A stretch of DNA of 64,000 bases from contig CAWALK010000001.1 in assembly GCA_963782915.1 (NCBI GenBank), positions 32,001 to 96,000 on the forward strand. The letters are read 5' to 3'. A program made the position numbers and the translations under genes. A model generated the notes under the pieces. That model ran no database searches, was not told the DNA's origin, and saw only the letters and a program-made list of their open reading frames with translations. This document shows positions 1 through 10,567 of this stretch, one piece after another. This stretch comes from an uncultured archaeon (lineage in GTDB: Archaea; Thermoproteota; Bathyarchaeia; Bathyarchaeales; Bathycorpusculaceae). Each line of letters begins with the position of its first letter. The stretch's first letter is position 1.

Positions 1-414
1 GAGACATAAAAGCCACCTCCAATTGGTGGGGAACAACCGACAAATCCACCATCAGCCAAAAAATTTATGATACCAACCGTGACTTTAACTTGGGCACAGT
101 AAATTTTGAACCCTTCCTGACAGCAAAAAATACAGAGGCGGTGCCAAACGAAAACGCTCCTATGCCAACCGTGCAATCCACAGTTTCGCCGACGCCCAAT
201 CAAACCATCCAACCCACTGATGCACCAACAGCAACTCCACCTGCGACCGCCACACCAGCAGCCACTCAAACACCAACCCCACCCAATACCGACAAACCAA
301 TCTTTGGCAGCCTTTGAACTGGAACTGGGCATCTTTGCAGCCCTAATAGCGGTGATTGTGTTGCTCGCTGTGTTGATTGTGCTTGTGCTAAAACGGCGGT
401 CCTTACAAAGGTAG
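1..414 (+). CDS. C-terminal part of a membrane-anchored surface protein (beta-helix type, P/T-rich linker, C-terminal TM); 5' truncated, one indel
   Basis: NWWGTTD..IYD..D.NLGTVNFEPFL, then a PTATPPATATP linker. The TM helix and basic tail (..LIVLVLKRRSLQR) are in a second frame after ~310. Confidence 0.7.
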
Positions 415-670
415 CTATCTTGACTATCCTCGGTTGCTTTATTATGAGAGGGAAAGTAGTGGCGGCTGAAGGGTCTGGGGTTAATAACTTTAGGTTACTT
501 CCGCACGGAATTGCAGGCAATACAACGGCAAACGTCCAGTTAGAGCACGCTAATCACAACAAACATTGCATTAACCCAACGCATACTCAATGAATGCACT
601 CTAACTCAACAAGGGTTAAGCCGCATTTGTCATTCTATATATAAGGGGAGGGGGCTCTCGGCAGAGCAGC
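415..670. repeat. Dispersed intergenic repeat family A, long copy
   Basis: Core ctatatataaggggagggggctctcggcagagcagc at 635-670. 534-657 aligns by eye with the reverse complement of 35071-35192, with weaker similarity extending to ~420 and ~35295. Confidence 0.85.
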
Positions 671-680
671 TAACGTTAGC

Positions 681-2407
681 CTATGATTCAAGCGCCTTCT
701 CCGAAGCATGCGCATAGACACTCGCGAATTTCTTAACAAGGTCTTTAGGCGTATAGATTGATGAGTGCAGATGGAAAAAGTTGCTCATCCTATCCGTTTC
801 CACACCAATACCGATGACTATGACGTTTTTGCGGACCAAATCATCGACGCATTCCTTCAAGGCAATGGGCATGTTGGCGTAACCATACGGCCACCCATCC
901 GAAATCACAACCAATATACGCTGTTCCTCAAAGCGTTTCGCAAGCATCTTACCGCCAATCGTGATAGCATCAGGAATATACGTTAAACCTTCAAACTTTA
1001 ACCCGCCAATTCGTGCCCGAACACGCTTAGAATACGATTCGGTACTGTCTTTTAAGATATAGAATCGGTCGCTGAAAGCAAAAAACGTCCAAGAAGTTGG
1101 ATCCGTCATCAATTCACGGGCGGCTTCGGCCACAGCGATAGCTAAGGCGCGCCCAAATTCGCCCTTAACCTGCATGCTGTGGCTTACATCGAAGATAAGT
1201 GACCAAGCATAACTCGGCTGCAAATACTCATCCAAATTAAACACGTCAGTTGCAGGCTTGTTAGCGGCTAACGACTGAATAACCGCAGGCAAATCCAGTT
1301 GCCCCATCTCCTGACGTGGGTCCTCATCCAAATAATTAAAGGCTGAACGCAAAATATCCAAAACACGACGGCTCGTACCCTGCACCAAAGTCCTCGCACG
1401 AAGATACTGGGTATAGTCTTCTTCTGGGATAGCAACCGATTTCAAACGTGTTAAACCCATGTAAGGCGCAATTTTTTGGAGGATTCTTGTCTCTCTTTGC
1501 TTCTGGTAATGATCAGCATTAAACGCTTGCAGAGCCTCTGCCTCTTGCTCTACACGCCACAACTGCTCAATATGATCCACGGATGGGACATCGCCGCCCA
1601 TAGCCATAAGCGACTGCACAAATAACCCCTCAAAATCCTCAACAGACATAGCTGCTCCTTCTATGTCAGTGTAGATGCTGTTGCGTCCAATGTTTTCTGT
1701 ATGCTTAAACGATGGAGCCTCCAAAAAAGGCCCAAACGGTTCAAGCGAATCTTTGATTATCTTCACTTTTTCATCAAATACATCGTTGAACTTTACTTCG
1801 TCGCCGGCAATCGACATCATGAAAGTTTCCTTAAGCGCCATCAAGTCACTATGGAGTTTATTGACAACCTTCTCTTCTTCGATACCCGGCGAATTCTTCA
1901 TAGAACCCACATAGAGCTGAGTTAGTAATGCAGACATTAACTTGGTTGAGGAAGTGAAAATTCTGTCACAGGACTTAATTTTTTGGTAAGCAAGCGCGTT
2001 GGCGTATGCTAAGTCAAAGAAGCGGTCTGGGTACCATGCTTGAATGTAAGAGTTAATGTATATGTCATTGACTAAGGATTTGGCGTATGCGTCTAGTATA
2101 CCGTCTTTTGGGTTCGGCACAATCCTGATTCTTTGTAAAGGGCGCTATTGTGTGCAGGGTTAGGTGCATTACAGATGCACGAAAGACCCTGCCCAGCCTG
2201 GATTTGCCGTTGTTGTCTCCGGCGAATTTTAAGCCAAGAAAACTGATTGTGCCATCTTTTTGCAAATGAACAGCGGGCAACTTTATAGTAAACCCGACTT
2301 CATCCCCAAGCAGCAACTGGCTGCTCTAAGGCTTCATCTTGGAGAATCTTTACTTTCGTGTTATCTTTTTGTAGAGAAACCGCCCAAGCATAATCAATAA
2401 AACCCAA
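681..2407 (-). CDS. VWA-domain protein, CbbO/NorD-like MoxR adaptor (indel-split)
   Basis: ORF 681-2120 has MIDAS DVSHSM, GLTY, VISDGWP and a G.LD motif. The N-terminus continues through ORF 2065-2316 to a TTG at 2407 preceded by GGGGAG. Confidence 0.8.
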
Positions 2408-3445
2408 TGGCGAATGCTCCCCGACTATTTTCAGGAAGACCGGTTCAAGGATTCTCCGTACATCAGCCTGCACTTCAACGTTGTCGCTGGTTAACCCAAT
2501 GATTGTTTCTTCCGCAGCCTCCATAGGTGTCATACCATCGAAAACCAATGTTGCCCAGTTGATCAAGTCACCAAGCGATGGGCCATAAGGTAAATCGCCT
2601 GCTTTGTACTGCCGACGCAACTCTGCACCCGCTTGAATGATGCCATAAGCGATTTCTTGGCTAACTTTGGTTCTTTTACGCAGCATCTCCACCTCGTCAG
2701 GGCTAATCTTTTCACCCACACTGAGGAAATCGAAGTTGATCCACACAGCCATTCGACGTCGCATGGCTGCGTTAAGCGGTTTGGTACCTGAAAATTCAGC
2801 GGTGGCTGGGTTCATGCTGATGATCATGTAACCGTATTTGTGGCGTTCGATGACTTCGCTGTCTTTCTCGTTAAGCACAAGGTGACCTCTTGTGTCCAGC
2901 ACTGGGTTGAGTCTTGTGGCGACGTCTTGTTTCATCATGTTGGCTTCGTCGAGGTACATGATGCCGCCTTTACGCAGCCACTGAGTCAAGAGTCCGTCCA
3001 CCCAGTTTTCTTTGCCCAAACCGATGAATCTACCGATCAAATCGAAGCTGCTGGTGCTTAAACCGCAGTTGACTTCCCAAATCGGTAAACCTGTGAGTTC
3101 AGCTACGAGGTAGACGATGTGGGTTTTGCCGGTTCCTGAAGGCCCAATCAAACTGCACTGCTTAAAATAATAGAGTGCGCGTACCATGCGTTCTACGTAG
3201 TTTAAGCCGTGGTCTAAGTATTCGGGTGTGCCCTTGGGGATCATATCGTCTAAGTGGGCGAAACTAAAGTTCGGATGCAAATCGAAGCGTTGAATGTTAT
3301 ACTTGTTGTATAGCGGCGAAGTGGACATTGGGCGCTCTTTATCCAGGGAGACGGTTACCTTGAATTTATCCTGTTTTAGCGAGGAAACCTCTTGGATTCT
3401 GCTCGCAGCCGCCTTTTCCTTTAAGCCCTGATGACCATAACTCAT
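2300..3445 (-). CDS. MoxR-family AAA+ ATPase, CbbQ/NirQ/NorQ type
   Basis: Walker A GPSGTGKT, Walker B MYLDEAN, SMNP sensor-1, PLNAAMRRR arginine finger. The true stop may be the TAG at 2425-2427 if one A is over-called. Confidence 0.9.
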   Translation of the reverse strand: MSYGHQGLKEKAAASRIQEVSSLKQDKFKVTVSLDKERPMSTSPLYNKYNIQRFDLHPNFSFAHLDDMIPKGTPEYLDHGLNYVERMVRALYYFKQCSLIGPSGTGKTHIVYLVAELTGLPIWEVNCGLSTSSFDLIGRFIGLGKENWVDGLLTQWLRKGGIMYLDEANMMKQDVATRLNPVLDTRGHLVLNEKDSEVIERHKYGYMIISMNPATAEFSGTKPLNAAMRRRMAVWINFDFLSVGEKISPDEVEMLRKRTKVSQEIAYGIIQAGAELRRQYKAGDLPYGPSLGDLINWATLVFDGMTPMEAAEETIIGLTSDNVEVQADVRRILEPVFLKIVGEHSPLGFIDYAWAVSLQKDNTKVKILQDEALEQPVAAWG

Positions 3446-3711
3446 ATAGCATTGCCTCTAAGACAGCACCAGATGGGTAGACTCCGTAATTAAGTATTGT
3501 TGATTACTACTCAATAGACAAACTCCATAATACAAACCCGCAAAAACTCCACAAAACAAACCTAAAATATATCAAACAAAAATAACTATCGCGGAAAGAC
3601 ACTAAACTTGCCGCCAAAAACAACTGACTGCTCACTTGTAAAATATGACACAGGGCTACACAACCCTTTTATATATTATCGCAAGAGTTACGATACAAGA
3701 GGCAAACTGAA

Positions 3712-4080
3712 ATGGGAACAATAATGATAGTTGACGACGCTTCCTTCATGCGAGCGGTACTTAAAAAGATTGTACTTCAAGCAGGCCATGAAGTAATCGC
3801 TGAGGCTGGTAACGGTGACGACGCGATTGCTCAATTCCAAGCAGCCCAACCGGATTTGGTACTGATGGATATTATCATGCCGCCTGGACCTAAAGCTAAA
3901 GATGGTATTGAAGCGCTTAGGCATATTGTTGCTGCTAATCCGGCTGCGAAGGTTGTTATGTGCAGTTCTATGGGTCAGCAAGCTTTGATTGCTGAAGCGT
4001 TGAAGTCCGGTGCGAAGGATTTCGTGATTAAGCCTTTCCAGCCACAGAAAGTACTAGAAGTATTGTCAAAGTACGCTTGA
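3712..4080 (+). CDS. cheY: Chemotaxis response regulator CheY
   Basis: Single REC domain: IVDDASFMR, LMDIIMP, MCSSMGQQ, KDFVIKPF (Bacillus/Thermotoga/archaeal type). Confidence 0.93.
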   Translation: MGTIMIVDDASFMRAVLKKIVLQAGHEVIAEAGNGDDAIAQFQAAQPDLVLMDIIMPPGPKAKDGIEALRHIVAANPAAKVVMCSSMGQQALIAEALKSGAKDFVIKPFQPQKVLEVLSKYA

Positions 4081-4090
4081 GGAAAAGTCT

Positions 4091-4705
4091 GTGCTCTCTC
4101 CTACAGTAGGCAACCACTTCAAAAATGGATGGCTGAGTTTGCCAAAGCGGTTAGTTGCCTATCAACAGTTAGAGCCAGTAACATCAGTAGTAGTGGATAC
4201 TAACACAACATACACACACCATCCGCAAGTGGAGGAGGTTCGAGTGGACATGGCGGGAATGAAAGTGGATAGCAGACCTGTTGAGCTTGTAACAAGTGTT
4301 GGGTCATGCATAGGCATCTGCCTGTATGATTCAATACATAGATGTGGGGGGTTGGCTCACATTATGCTTCCACATTCCAGCCTTGGACCACTTGAGCCTC
4401 TTCCATCAAAATATGCCGACACCGCGGTAATTGCCCTGAAAAATGGTATAAAAGAGTTAACCGGTCGAGAGAACCGTCTTTCAGCAAAGATTGCAGGAGG
4501 CGCTAATATGTTCGCGAATACGAGTGCCAATGGGTTAGATATTGGTGCTAAGAACATAAAAGCGGTTAGGGCGATACTGGAGGAGCATCGGATTCGGCTT
4601 GTCGGTGAAGATGTCGGGGGTTCGCATGGACGAAGGATAAACTTCGACCTTGCAAATGGAGTTACAGTCGTTCGTTTACATAATGGAGAAACAAGAAAAA
4701 TATGA
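4091..4705 (+). CDS. cheD: Chemoreceptor glutamine deamidase CheD
   Basis: GSCIGICLYD..GGLAHIMLP, KYADTA, KIAGGANMF, EDVGGSHGR. Start uncertain. Confidence 0.93.
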   Translation: MLSPTVGNHFKNGWLSLPKRLVAYQQLEPVTSVVVDTNTTYTHHPQVEEVRVDMAGMKVDSRPVELVTSVGSCIGICLYDSIHRCGGLAHIMLPHSSLGPLEPLPSKYADTAVIALKNGIKELTGRENRLSAKIAGGANMFANTSANGLDIGAKNIKAVRAILEEHRIRLVGEDVGGSHGRRINFDLANGVTVVRLHNGETRKI

Positions 4706-5364
4706 TCAACTTAAACACACCACCAAAAATAGAAACTACATTTAAGGCTGAAGAGGAATCACCCCTTGATCTGGGGATTCTTCTTGAGCTAGGCAGCATA
4801 GGTGCAGGGCATGCCGCAACTTCGCTGTCTGATGTTCTGCAGCAGCCAATATCAATCGATGTACCCAGAATCCACACGGTAAAGCCACATTTGCTTCCGG
4901 GATTCTATGACTTACACGATATGCCGACAACCGCGATTTACCTGCAGCTTGCGGACAAGTACGGCATGGATATTCTGTTAACATTCGAACAGCATGAAGC
5001 ACGCAAAATCGCTGCAATGATGAATATGTGCAATTCCGTGGATGAGTTGGATCCTTCAATGGAGACATCTGCACTACAGGAACTGGGCAACATCTTGATC
5101 GGGTCATTCCTAACTTCGATTTCAGATTTCGTTGGAATAACAATGATGCCGACAACACCTCAGACAGTCACCGACGGATTCGACGCCATATTGGATAATT
5201 TCCTAATTAAGCAATCCATGGTTTCAGAGAATGCATTGGTGTTCGAAACCCGCTTTAGACGTGCCGGCGAAGACGCTAACGCTAAATCCATACTGATAAT
5301 CTTCCCGACTCAGGAGCTAAAAGACCTCTTGGTTGAGAAATCAAAAGCAATGATGGGTATCTAG
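4702..5364 (+). CDS. cheC: CheY-P phosphatase CheC
   Basis: ELGSIGAGHAATSLS and SALQELGNIL repeats; overlaps the cheD stop (ATGA). Confidence 0.9.
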   Translation: MINLNTPPKIETTFKAEEESPLDLGILLELGSIGAGHAATSLSDVLQQPISIDVPRIHTVKPHLLPGFYDLHDMPTTAIYLQLADKYGMDILLTFEQHEARKIAAMMNMCNSVDELDPSMETSALQELGNILIGSFLTSISDFVGITMMPTTPQTVTDGFDAILDNFLIKQSMVSENALVFETRFRRAGEDANAKSILIIFPTQELKDLLVEKSKAMMGI

Positions 5365-5370
5365 GAATAA

Positions 5371-6248
5371 GTGGGGGGAAAAGCGGTGTTGGAGCAGTCA
5401 AAGGCAGAAGTACTTCAAGACTATTTAGAAAATAGTTCATACCAAAAAGTAAAAAGAATGATCGGGGAATCTGCAGGTTTGAACTGCTCCGGCTACCGCG
5501 ATGAATACCTTAAACGCCGCTTCGAAATCCGTTTGCGTGCAACTGGCACAATCACATATTCCAAATATGTCTTGTACCTCAAAAAGACACCCTGAAGAAT
5601 TCACTAACCTACTAAACGATTTAACAATCAACTATACAACGTTTTTCCGGGACACCGATGTCTACGAGCATCTGGAGCATAAACTGCTGCCAAAGCTGTT
5701 TATGTCTAAGAATCCGGTGAAAATCTGGAGCGCCGGTTGCGCGAGTGGTGAAGAACCTTATTCGCTTGCGATTTTGGTGCACAAAATCCTTGGGAGCAGA
5801 TTAGCGGAGCATCCAGTGAGCATAATTGCTTCGGACATCGATAAGGACGCGTTGGGCAAAGCCATGCGGGGGAGTTATGGATTGCGGCAGGTGAGTACAA
5901 TGTCTTCTTCGATGATTGAGCAGTTCTTCACCAAAGAAAGCGACGGCACATTATGTGGTTAAGGATTTCGTGAAAGACCTCATCCGTTTTGAACGTTTTG
6001 ACTTAATGAAAACCCCCATCCATGTCAACTTCGATTTGATACTCTGCCGCAACGTCATGATTTACTTCAGCAAAGAAGGCCAACAGCACATCCACATGAC
6101 CTTCTATCGAGCACTCAAAGACGGCGGATACATGATTACCGGAAAATCAGAAATTCTCTCGGGTGAACCAGCCGAAGTATTCACAGCACTGGATTACTTG
6201 ACCCGAGTTTACCAGAAACCGCCAAGACCAGCCTTCATACCAACCTAA
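5371..6248 (+). CDS. cheR: Chemotaxis methyltransferase CheR (two indels)
   Basis: LTINYTTFFRD, IWSAGCASGEEPYSLA, ASDID, FDLILCRNVMIYF spread over three overlapping ORFs. Confidence 0.9.
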
Positions 6249-6314
6249 TTCTACCTTTGCGGGTTTTCCATTAAATCCAAACCGAGTTCAGTTCGAAGGG
6301 TCTAAATTGTTGGC

Positions 6315-6351
6315 AGTGGTCTGCCAAGAGACCCTCCTCCCTTATTTATAG
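6315..6351. repeat. Repeat family A core
   Basis: agtggtctgccaagagaccctcctcccttatttatag. Confidence 0.75.
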
Positions 6352-6493
6352 GCTCAATAAGTGTTGGGTTCTGCGTTTTGGTTGTTAACGTTCATTGGTT
6401 ACCAGGACAGGGCAAGCTGCGTTTGTTAGGGGAATTGTTCCGGTTTATAGGCGGCTGTTTTTGGGCTCGGTTGGTTTTGGGTGTTTGGGGTTC

Positions 6494-6566
6494 TGTTGCT
6501 TTGCCAATGACCCCCCTCCCCTATAAATAGATTCAATGGCTGGTTCAACTTGCAATTGGCAGAAAA
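6494..6566. repeat. Repeat family A, extended copy
   Basis: About 63 of 73 nt identical, counted by eye, to the reverse complement of 28917-28989. Confidence 0.88.
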
Positions 6567-7110
6567 CTATTGAAATCATTGAACAGCGCAATACAAGTCG
6601 GGCACTGGCATAGCTGATTCAAACCACTCCCCATCACTCCACAGCAAAGACACTAGAAGCCCATAAAGAAATTTTTAAACAGAAAGTAGAACAAAAAATG
6701 TTTAACTAAAACAACTAATCGAGAAGCGGACAGGCAAGAACCGTATGCAGGCACACGTTTCATAAACAATCAACAAAACGCAAGTAACCTTATCTTTTAT
6801 TATGGCTTACGCTTTTCGCCCTTACTTAAAAACGAAACAGATAGCCCAAAATTACGCGAGGTCTATCAAGTTGACTCTTCTTTTTTTAAAGCAAAAAATA
6901 AGCCAAAAAGGTTGTTATCAAGGAACGCATAAAGAGTAAAACAGATTCATCGAGTTTGTCATTCAAGGCAATCTTGTTTGGCATAATTAGAGCTGCTGTC
7001 TTTTTTATTTGCGTCTTGGTTGGGATTGCAGATGGGTTTGAAGACTTCTGCAAATAGACCTCAACTTTGATCTACTGTTACATAGGGTCCATTATGAAGC
7101 CACATTAGTT

Positions 7111-7167
7111 TAGTCAACAAACATTGACTTACCATAGTCAAGAAACCTTGACCAAAGCGCTTTATTA
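7111..7167 (+). promoter_or_regulatory. Tandem palindromic operators AGTCAA-N6-TTGAC(T/C) upstream of a TATA-like box
   Basis: agtcaa-caaaca-ttgact (7112-7129) and agtcaa-gaaacc-ttgacc (7136-7153), followed by aaagcgctttatta. Confidence 0.6.
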
Positions 7168-7253
7168 CATCAGCAGACAGAGTCAAACAGGAATCAGCAA
7201 AGCATACCCAGTCGTTGGGTATGGGGGTTGTTTGCAAAAATATATGAATAAAG

Positions 7254-8905
7254 ATGCAATATGCACAGCCATGGGTGTGGGTACAAATTAAACGGCGCAT
7301 GCTTGTAGGGTTAACTATTGCAGTTTTGGTCGCCGTCTGCTTCTTGAGTACGCAGGTTGTGCAGCCGGCAGAATCATGCTATGGCCCCCACATCTCAGCT
7401 GACATAGACCGCACACAACTAACATTAACCAAACCGTCACTGTCACAGGACAGGTTTGTCCCGCCGCAGAAAACAAAACCGTCCGAATAACCTTCACACG
7501 ACCAGATTATACTTATGTCGAACAGTATGTGTTAACTAACCCCGAAACCGGCAACTTTTCTGTTACACAGAAGCTTGACATGGCGGGGTACTGGAACATA
7601 TTTGCCATAGATGGCCACATCTGTGACCGCCTATTCGCAGAAGTCACAGACCCCGCAAATCCAAACGCGCCCCTGCCAACGCCCAGCACAACCATAAATT
7701 ACAAATGGAATTACACCGTCATGGCTGTAACCGCCGTTTTCCTAAGTTTAGGCTCAGTCATCTCCTATTTTGGAACACGAAATAAAACACGAAAAATTAC
7801 GTCCATTCGAACATTTGTTCAGATATGCTTGATTTTTATTATTTTCTTCGGCATCTTCAACGACCACTTCACATTGCCTGTGCCTGCCGCACAGATTGCA
7901 CCCCATGAACTAGACATCTCAACCAACGTGTTAGGCGTGGATATGCCTGATGGGTTGCCTGCGCCCTTCTTTGGTTGCTATTACCCCTGTGGCCGATCCG
8001 TAACCTGTGCGCTTTGGCAGATTCAAGCCTACATTTACCCCTTCTTTGATGTTGGCGGCGGCTGGGGTGTACATTATTCCTCTGAAGGATTACTTCGGTT
8101 AGGAGTGGTTTTCGGCATCATAATCATAGCAGCTGTACTCTTGGGCAGATTCTTCTGCGGTTGGGTATGTCCCTTTGGTTTATATCTTCGATTTGATGAC
8201 TCGACTACGAAAAGCCCTAAGAGTTAAACGCAGGCTCTTCTCAGACAAATTTAACGAACGATTCCACCAGTTGGCTACCTGATACTTGCGCTCATAATAA
8301 TTGTCAGCGTAATTTTCGCATCACAAGCCATCACAGGCACCCAACTCGTACCCGGCACAGAAAAAGGCGGCTCCATCTACACCTACTTCTCAGCGCCATT
8401 CTGCCAAGTCTGCCCTATGAAGCCACTGTGCCTCTTAGCAGAATCAAGCGTGGGCTTAATGAAGCTAGAATGGCTCACACAGAACACAACAGGACAATTC
8501 TTTGAGGTTGGATTCTACTTAACCTCAACCAACCTTATCATACTCGCAATAGTCACCATCGCAGCATTCTTCTTCAAAAGGTCATGGTGCCAAATCTGCC
8601 CCTTGGGCGCATTAATTGCGCTGTTCAACAGGTTCCCGCCGTTCAAATGGATTTCAGGAGTCCGCCTAAACAAAGTGGAAGAAAAATGCACCAAATGCGG
8701 CATATGCAAACGAGTCTGCCCAACCCAAGTCAAAGACGTCTATGAGAAGAAAGGCGGCGACGTAGCCAATTCACAGTGCATCTACTGTCTGCGTTGTGTA
8801 GAGATGTGTCCTCAAGAGGATTGCCTGCAATTCAAGGTGGTAGGGCAGAAAGTGGTCAAATCTAGGAACTGGTTAAATAAATCAGATACTGTAAAGTTGG
8901 AGTAA
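7254..8905 (+). CDS. Membrane 4Fe-4S protein (NapH/MauN-like) with extra N-terminal extracellular domain (indel-split)
   Basis: GRFFCGWVCPFG, FCQVCP, WCQICPLG, CTKCGICKRVCP, CIYCLRCVEMCP across ORFs 7254-7490, 7529-8227 and 8417-8905. Confidence 0.82.
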
Positions 8906-8919
8906 TGGAGAGGGCTTGA

Positions 8920-9864
8920 GTGCAGAAAAAAACGTTAGCTGTTTGGGTGGCTGCAATTTTGGTTATTTCGGTGTTGGCTGGTTTAATAGCTTTTAAGCCG
9001 TCAGAGCAAAATACGCAGACGTCCCTGCAGAATATAGTCATAAAGCCGGATGGCAGCGTTTCCCCCTTCGATGCCCCGATAGTGCGTGTTGGGGATGTTT
9101 ACACGTTCACCGGTGACATTTATGGGACAATAAAAATTCAGAAAAGCAACATAGTCCTCAACGGTGCAGGCTACACTCTAAAAGGGCCATATAATGGTTC
9201 TCAAGCTAACGTTTGGGTTGTCGGTGATGGACCTAAGCAGTCTCCAGACCTTATTGCGGAATACATTATCGGCGTTGATTTCAACAAAAACACCGAGGGC
9301 ATAATTATCCAGGACTTGAATGTCAAAAACTTCAGCATAGGCATGTATGTTTGGACAGAAAACAACACAGTTACCGGATGCGCAGTTTCAGATAGCATCG
9401 TAGGCATATTGCTTTCAGGCCAAAACAACAGCATAACCTACAACTACATCGAGGACAACAAGCAGGGCCTTTTCATGGGCTTCAACAACGAAGGCAACAC
9501 AACAATACCCCCCGACATCATAATCCACCATAACGACTTCGAAAACAACGATGTACAACTAAACGGCTGCAACTGTCTAGCCCTTAACAGCTCAGAAACC
9601 CCCCATCACTGGGATGACGGCAGCCAAGGCAACTACTGGAGCGACTACAACGGCACAGACACTAACAGCGACGGCATAGGAGACACACCCTACACGGTTG
9701 ACGCATTAAACATTGACCGCTACCCCCTAATAATGAGCCCCTACCAAGCCAGAGCCATAGCGCTTACCCCAACATTTGACCCTGTTATCCTCGCTTTCGC
9801 ATTTGCTTTCCTCGCACTTGCCACATACCTAATAGTAATGCTGCTAAGAAAACGAAAACACTAA
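8920..9864 (+). CDS. NosD/CASH beta-helix surface protein
   Basis: Signal or anchor helix, GNYWSDYNGTDTNSDGIGDTPY..DRYPL, C-terminal TM and basic tail. Confidence 0.85.
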   Translation: MQKKTLAVWVAAILVISVLAGLIAFKPSEQNTQTSLQNIVIKPDGSVSPFDAPIVRVGDVYTFTGDIYGTIKIQKSNIVLNGAGYTLKGPYNGSQANVWVVGDGPKQSPDLIAEYIIGVDFNKNTEGIIIQDLNVKNFSIGMYVWTENNTVTGCAVSDSIVGILLSGQNNSITYNYIEDNKQGLFMGFNNEGNTTIPPDIIIHHNDFENNDVQLNGCNCLALNSSETPHHWDDGSQGNYWSDYNGTDTNSDGIGDTPYTVDALNIDRYPLIMSPYQARAIALTPTFDPVILAFAFAFLALATYLIVMLLRKRKH

Positions 9865-9918
9865 TTCTGCGCTACTTTTTTATCAAAGCCCCAATTAACA
9901 AGTTAATGGTAATCTCAC

Positions 9919-10539
9919 ATGAAAGTTGTCGCTTTTAACGGAAGCCCAAGAAAAGACGGAAACACCGCGATTTTAATCAACAGAGTACTCAAAGAACTCC
10001 AAGCAGAAGGTATAGAAACCGAATTCATCCAGCTTGGCGGCCAGATGATCCATGGCTGCATGGCATGCGGAACCTGCAGAAAAATCAAAAACCAAGAATG
10101 CAAAATCGTAAACGACAACGTAAACCTATACATCCAAAAAATGGCTCAAGCCGACGGCATCATACTTGGTTCCCCAACATACTTCTCCATGATGACCCCC
10201 GAACTTAAAGCCCTCATCGACCGTGCAGGATACGTTTCAATGTCAAATGACGGCATGTTTACACGCAAAGTCGGCGCTGCAGTGGTCGCAGTACGCAGAA
10301 CAGGCGCCATGCCCACATTTGATGCCATAAACCACTTCTTCCTCATTAGCGAAATGATAATTCCCGGCTCATCCTACTGGAACGTCGGGTTCGGCAGAGC
10401 TAAAGGCGACGTAGAAAAAGACGAAGAAGGCTTAGAAACTATGGAGACACTGGGCAAAAATATGGCTTGGCTACTAAAACAACTAAACCCCTCAACTGCG
10501 GTGCCGCCTAGTCACCCGTCATTTTTTAGTCAAGCATAA
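9919..10539 (+). CDS. Iron-sulfur flavoprotein (Isf) / flavodoxin family
   Basis: [17 protein letters not shown]-x7-[20 protein letters not shown]. Confidence 0.9.
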   Translation: MKVVAFNGSPRKDGNTAILINRVLKELQAEGIETEFIQLGGQMIHGCMACGTCRKIKNQECKIVNDNVNLYIQKMAQADGIILGSPTYFSMMTPELKALIDRAGYVSMSNDGMFTRKVGAAVVAVRRTGAMPTFDAINHFFLISEMIIPGSSYWNVGFGRAKGDVEKDEEGLETMETLGKNMAWLLKQLNPSTAVPPSHPSFFSQA

Positions 10540-10567
10540 AAAAGAAAAATTGCCCAAAAAAGGGCTT

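Noticed and set aside
2300-3445. Gas vesicle GvpN
   Set aside because: No gvp genes nearby, and pairing with a VWA protein fits CbbQ/NorQ.
5578-5600. CCC-TGA +1 frameshift-like site in cheR, also seen in the methyltransferase near 26788
   Set aside because: Background indels are frequent, both breaks adjoin homopolymers, and cheR has a second unrelated break. Programmed frameshifting is not supported.
6570-7100. Possible gene remnant in the long non-coding gap after cheR
   Set aside because: No recognisable protein motifs in any frame; AT-rich.
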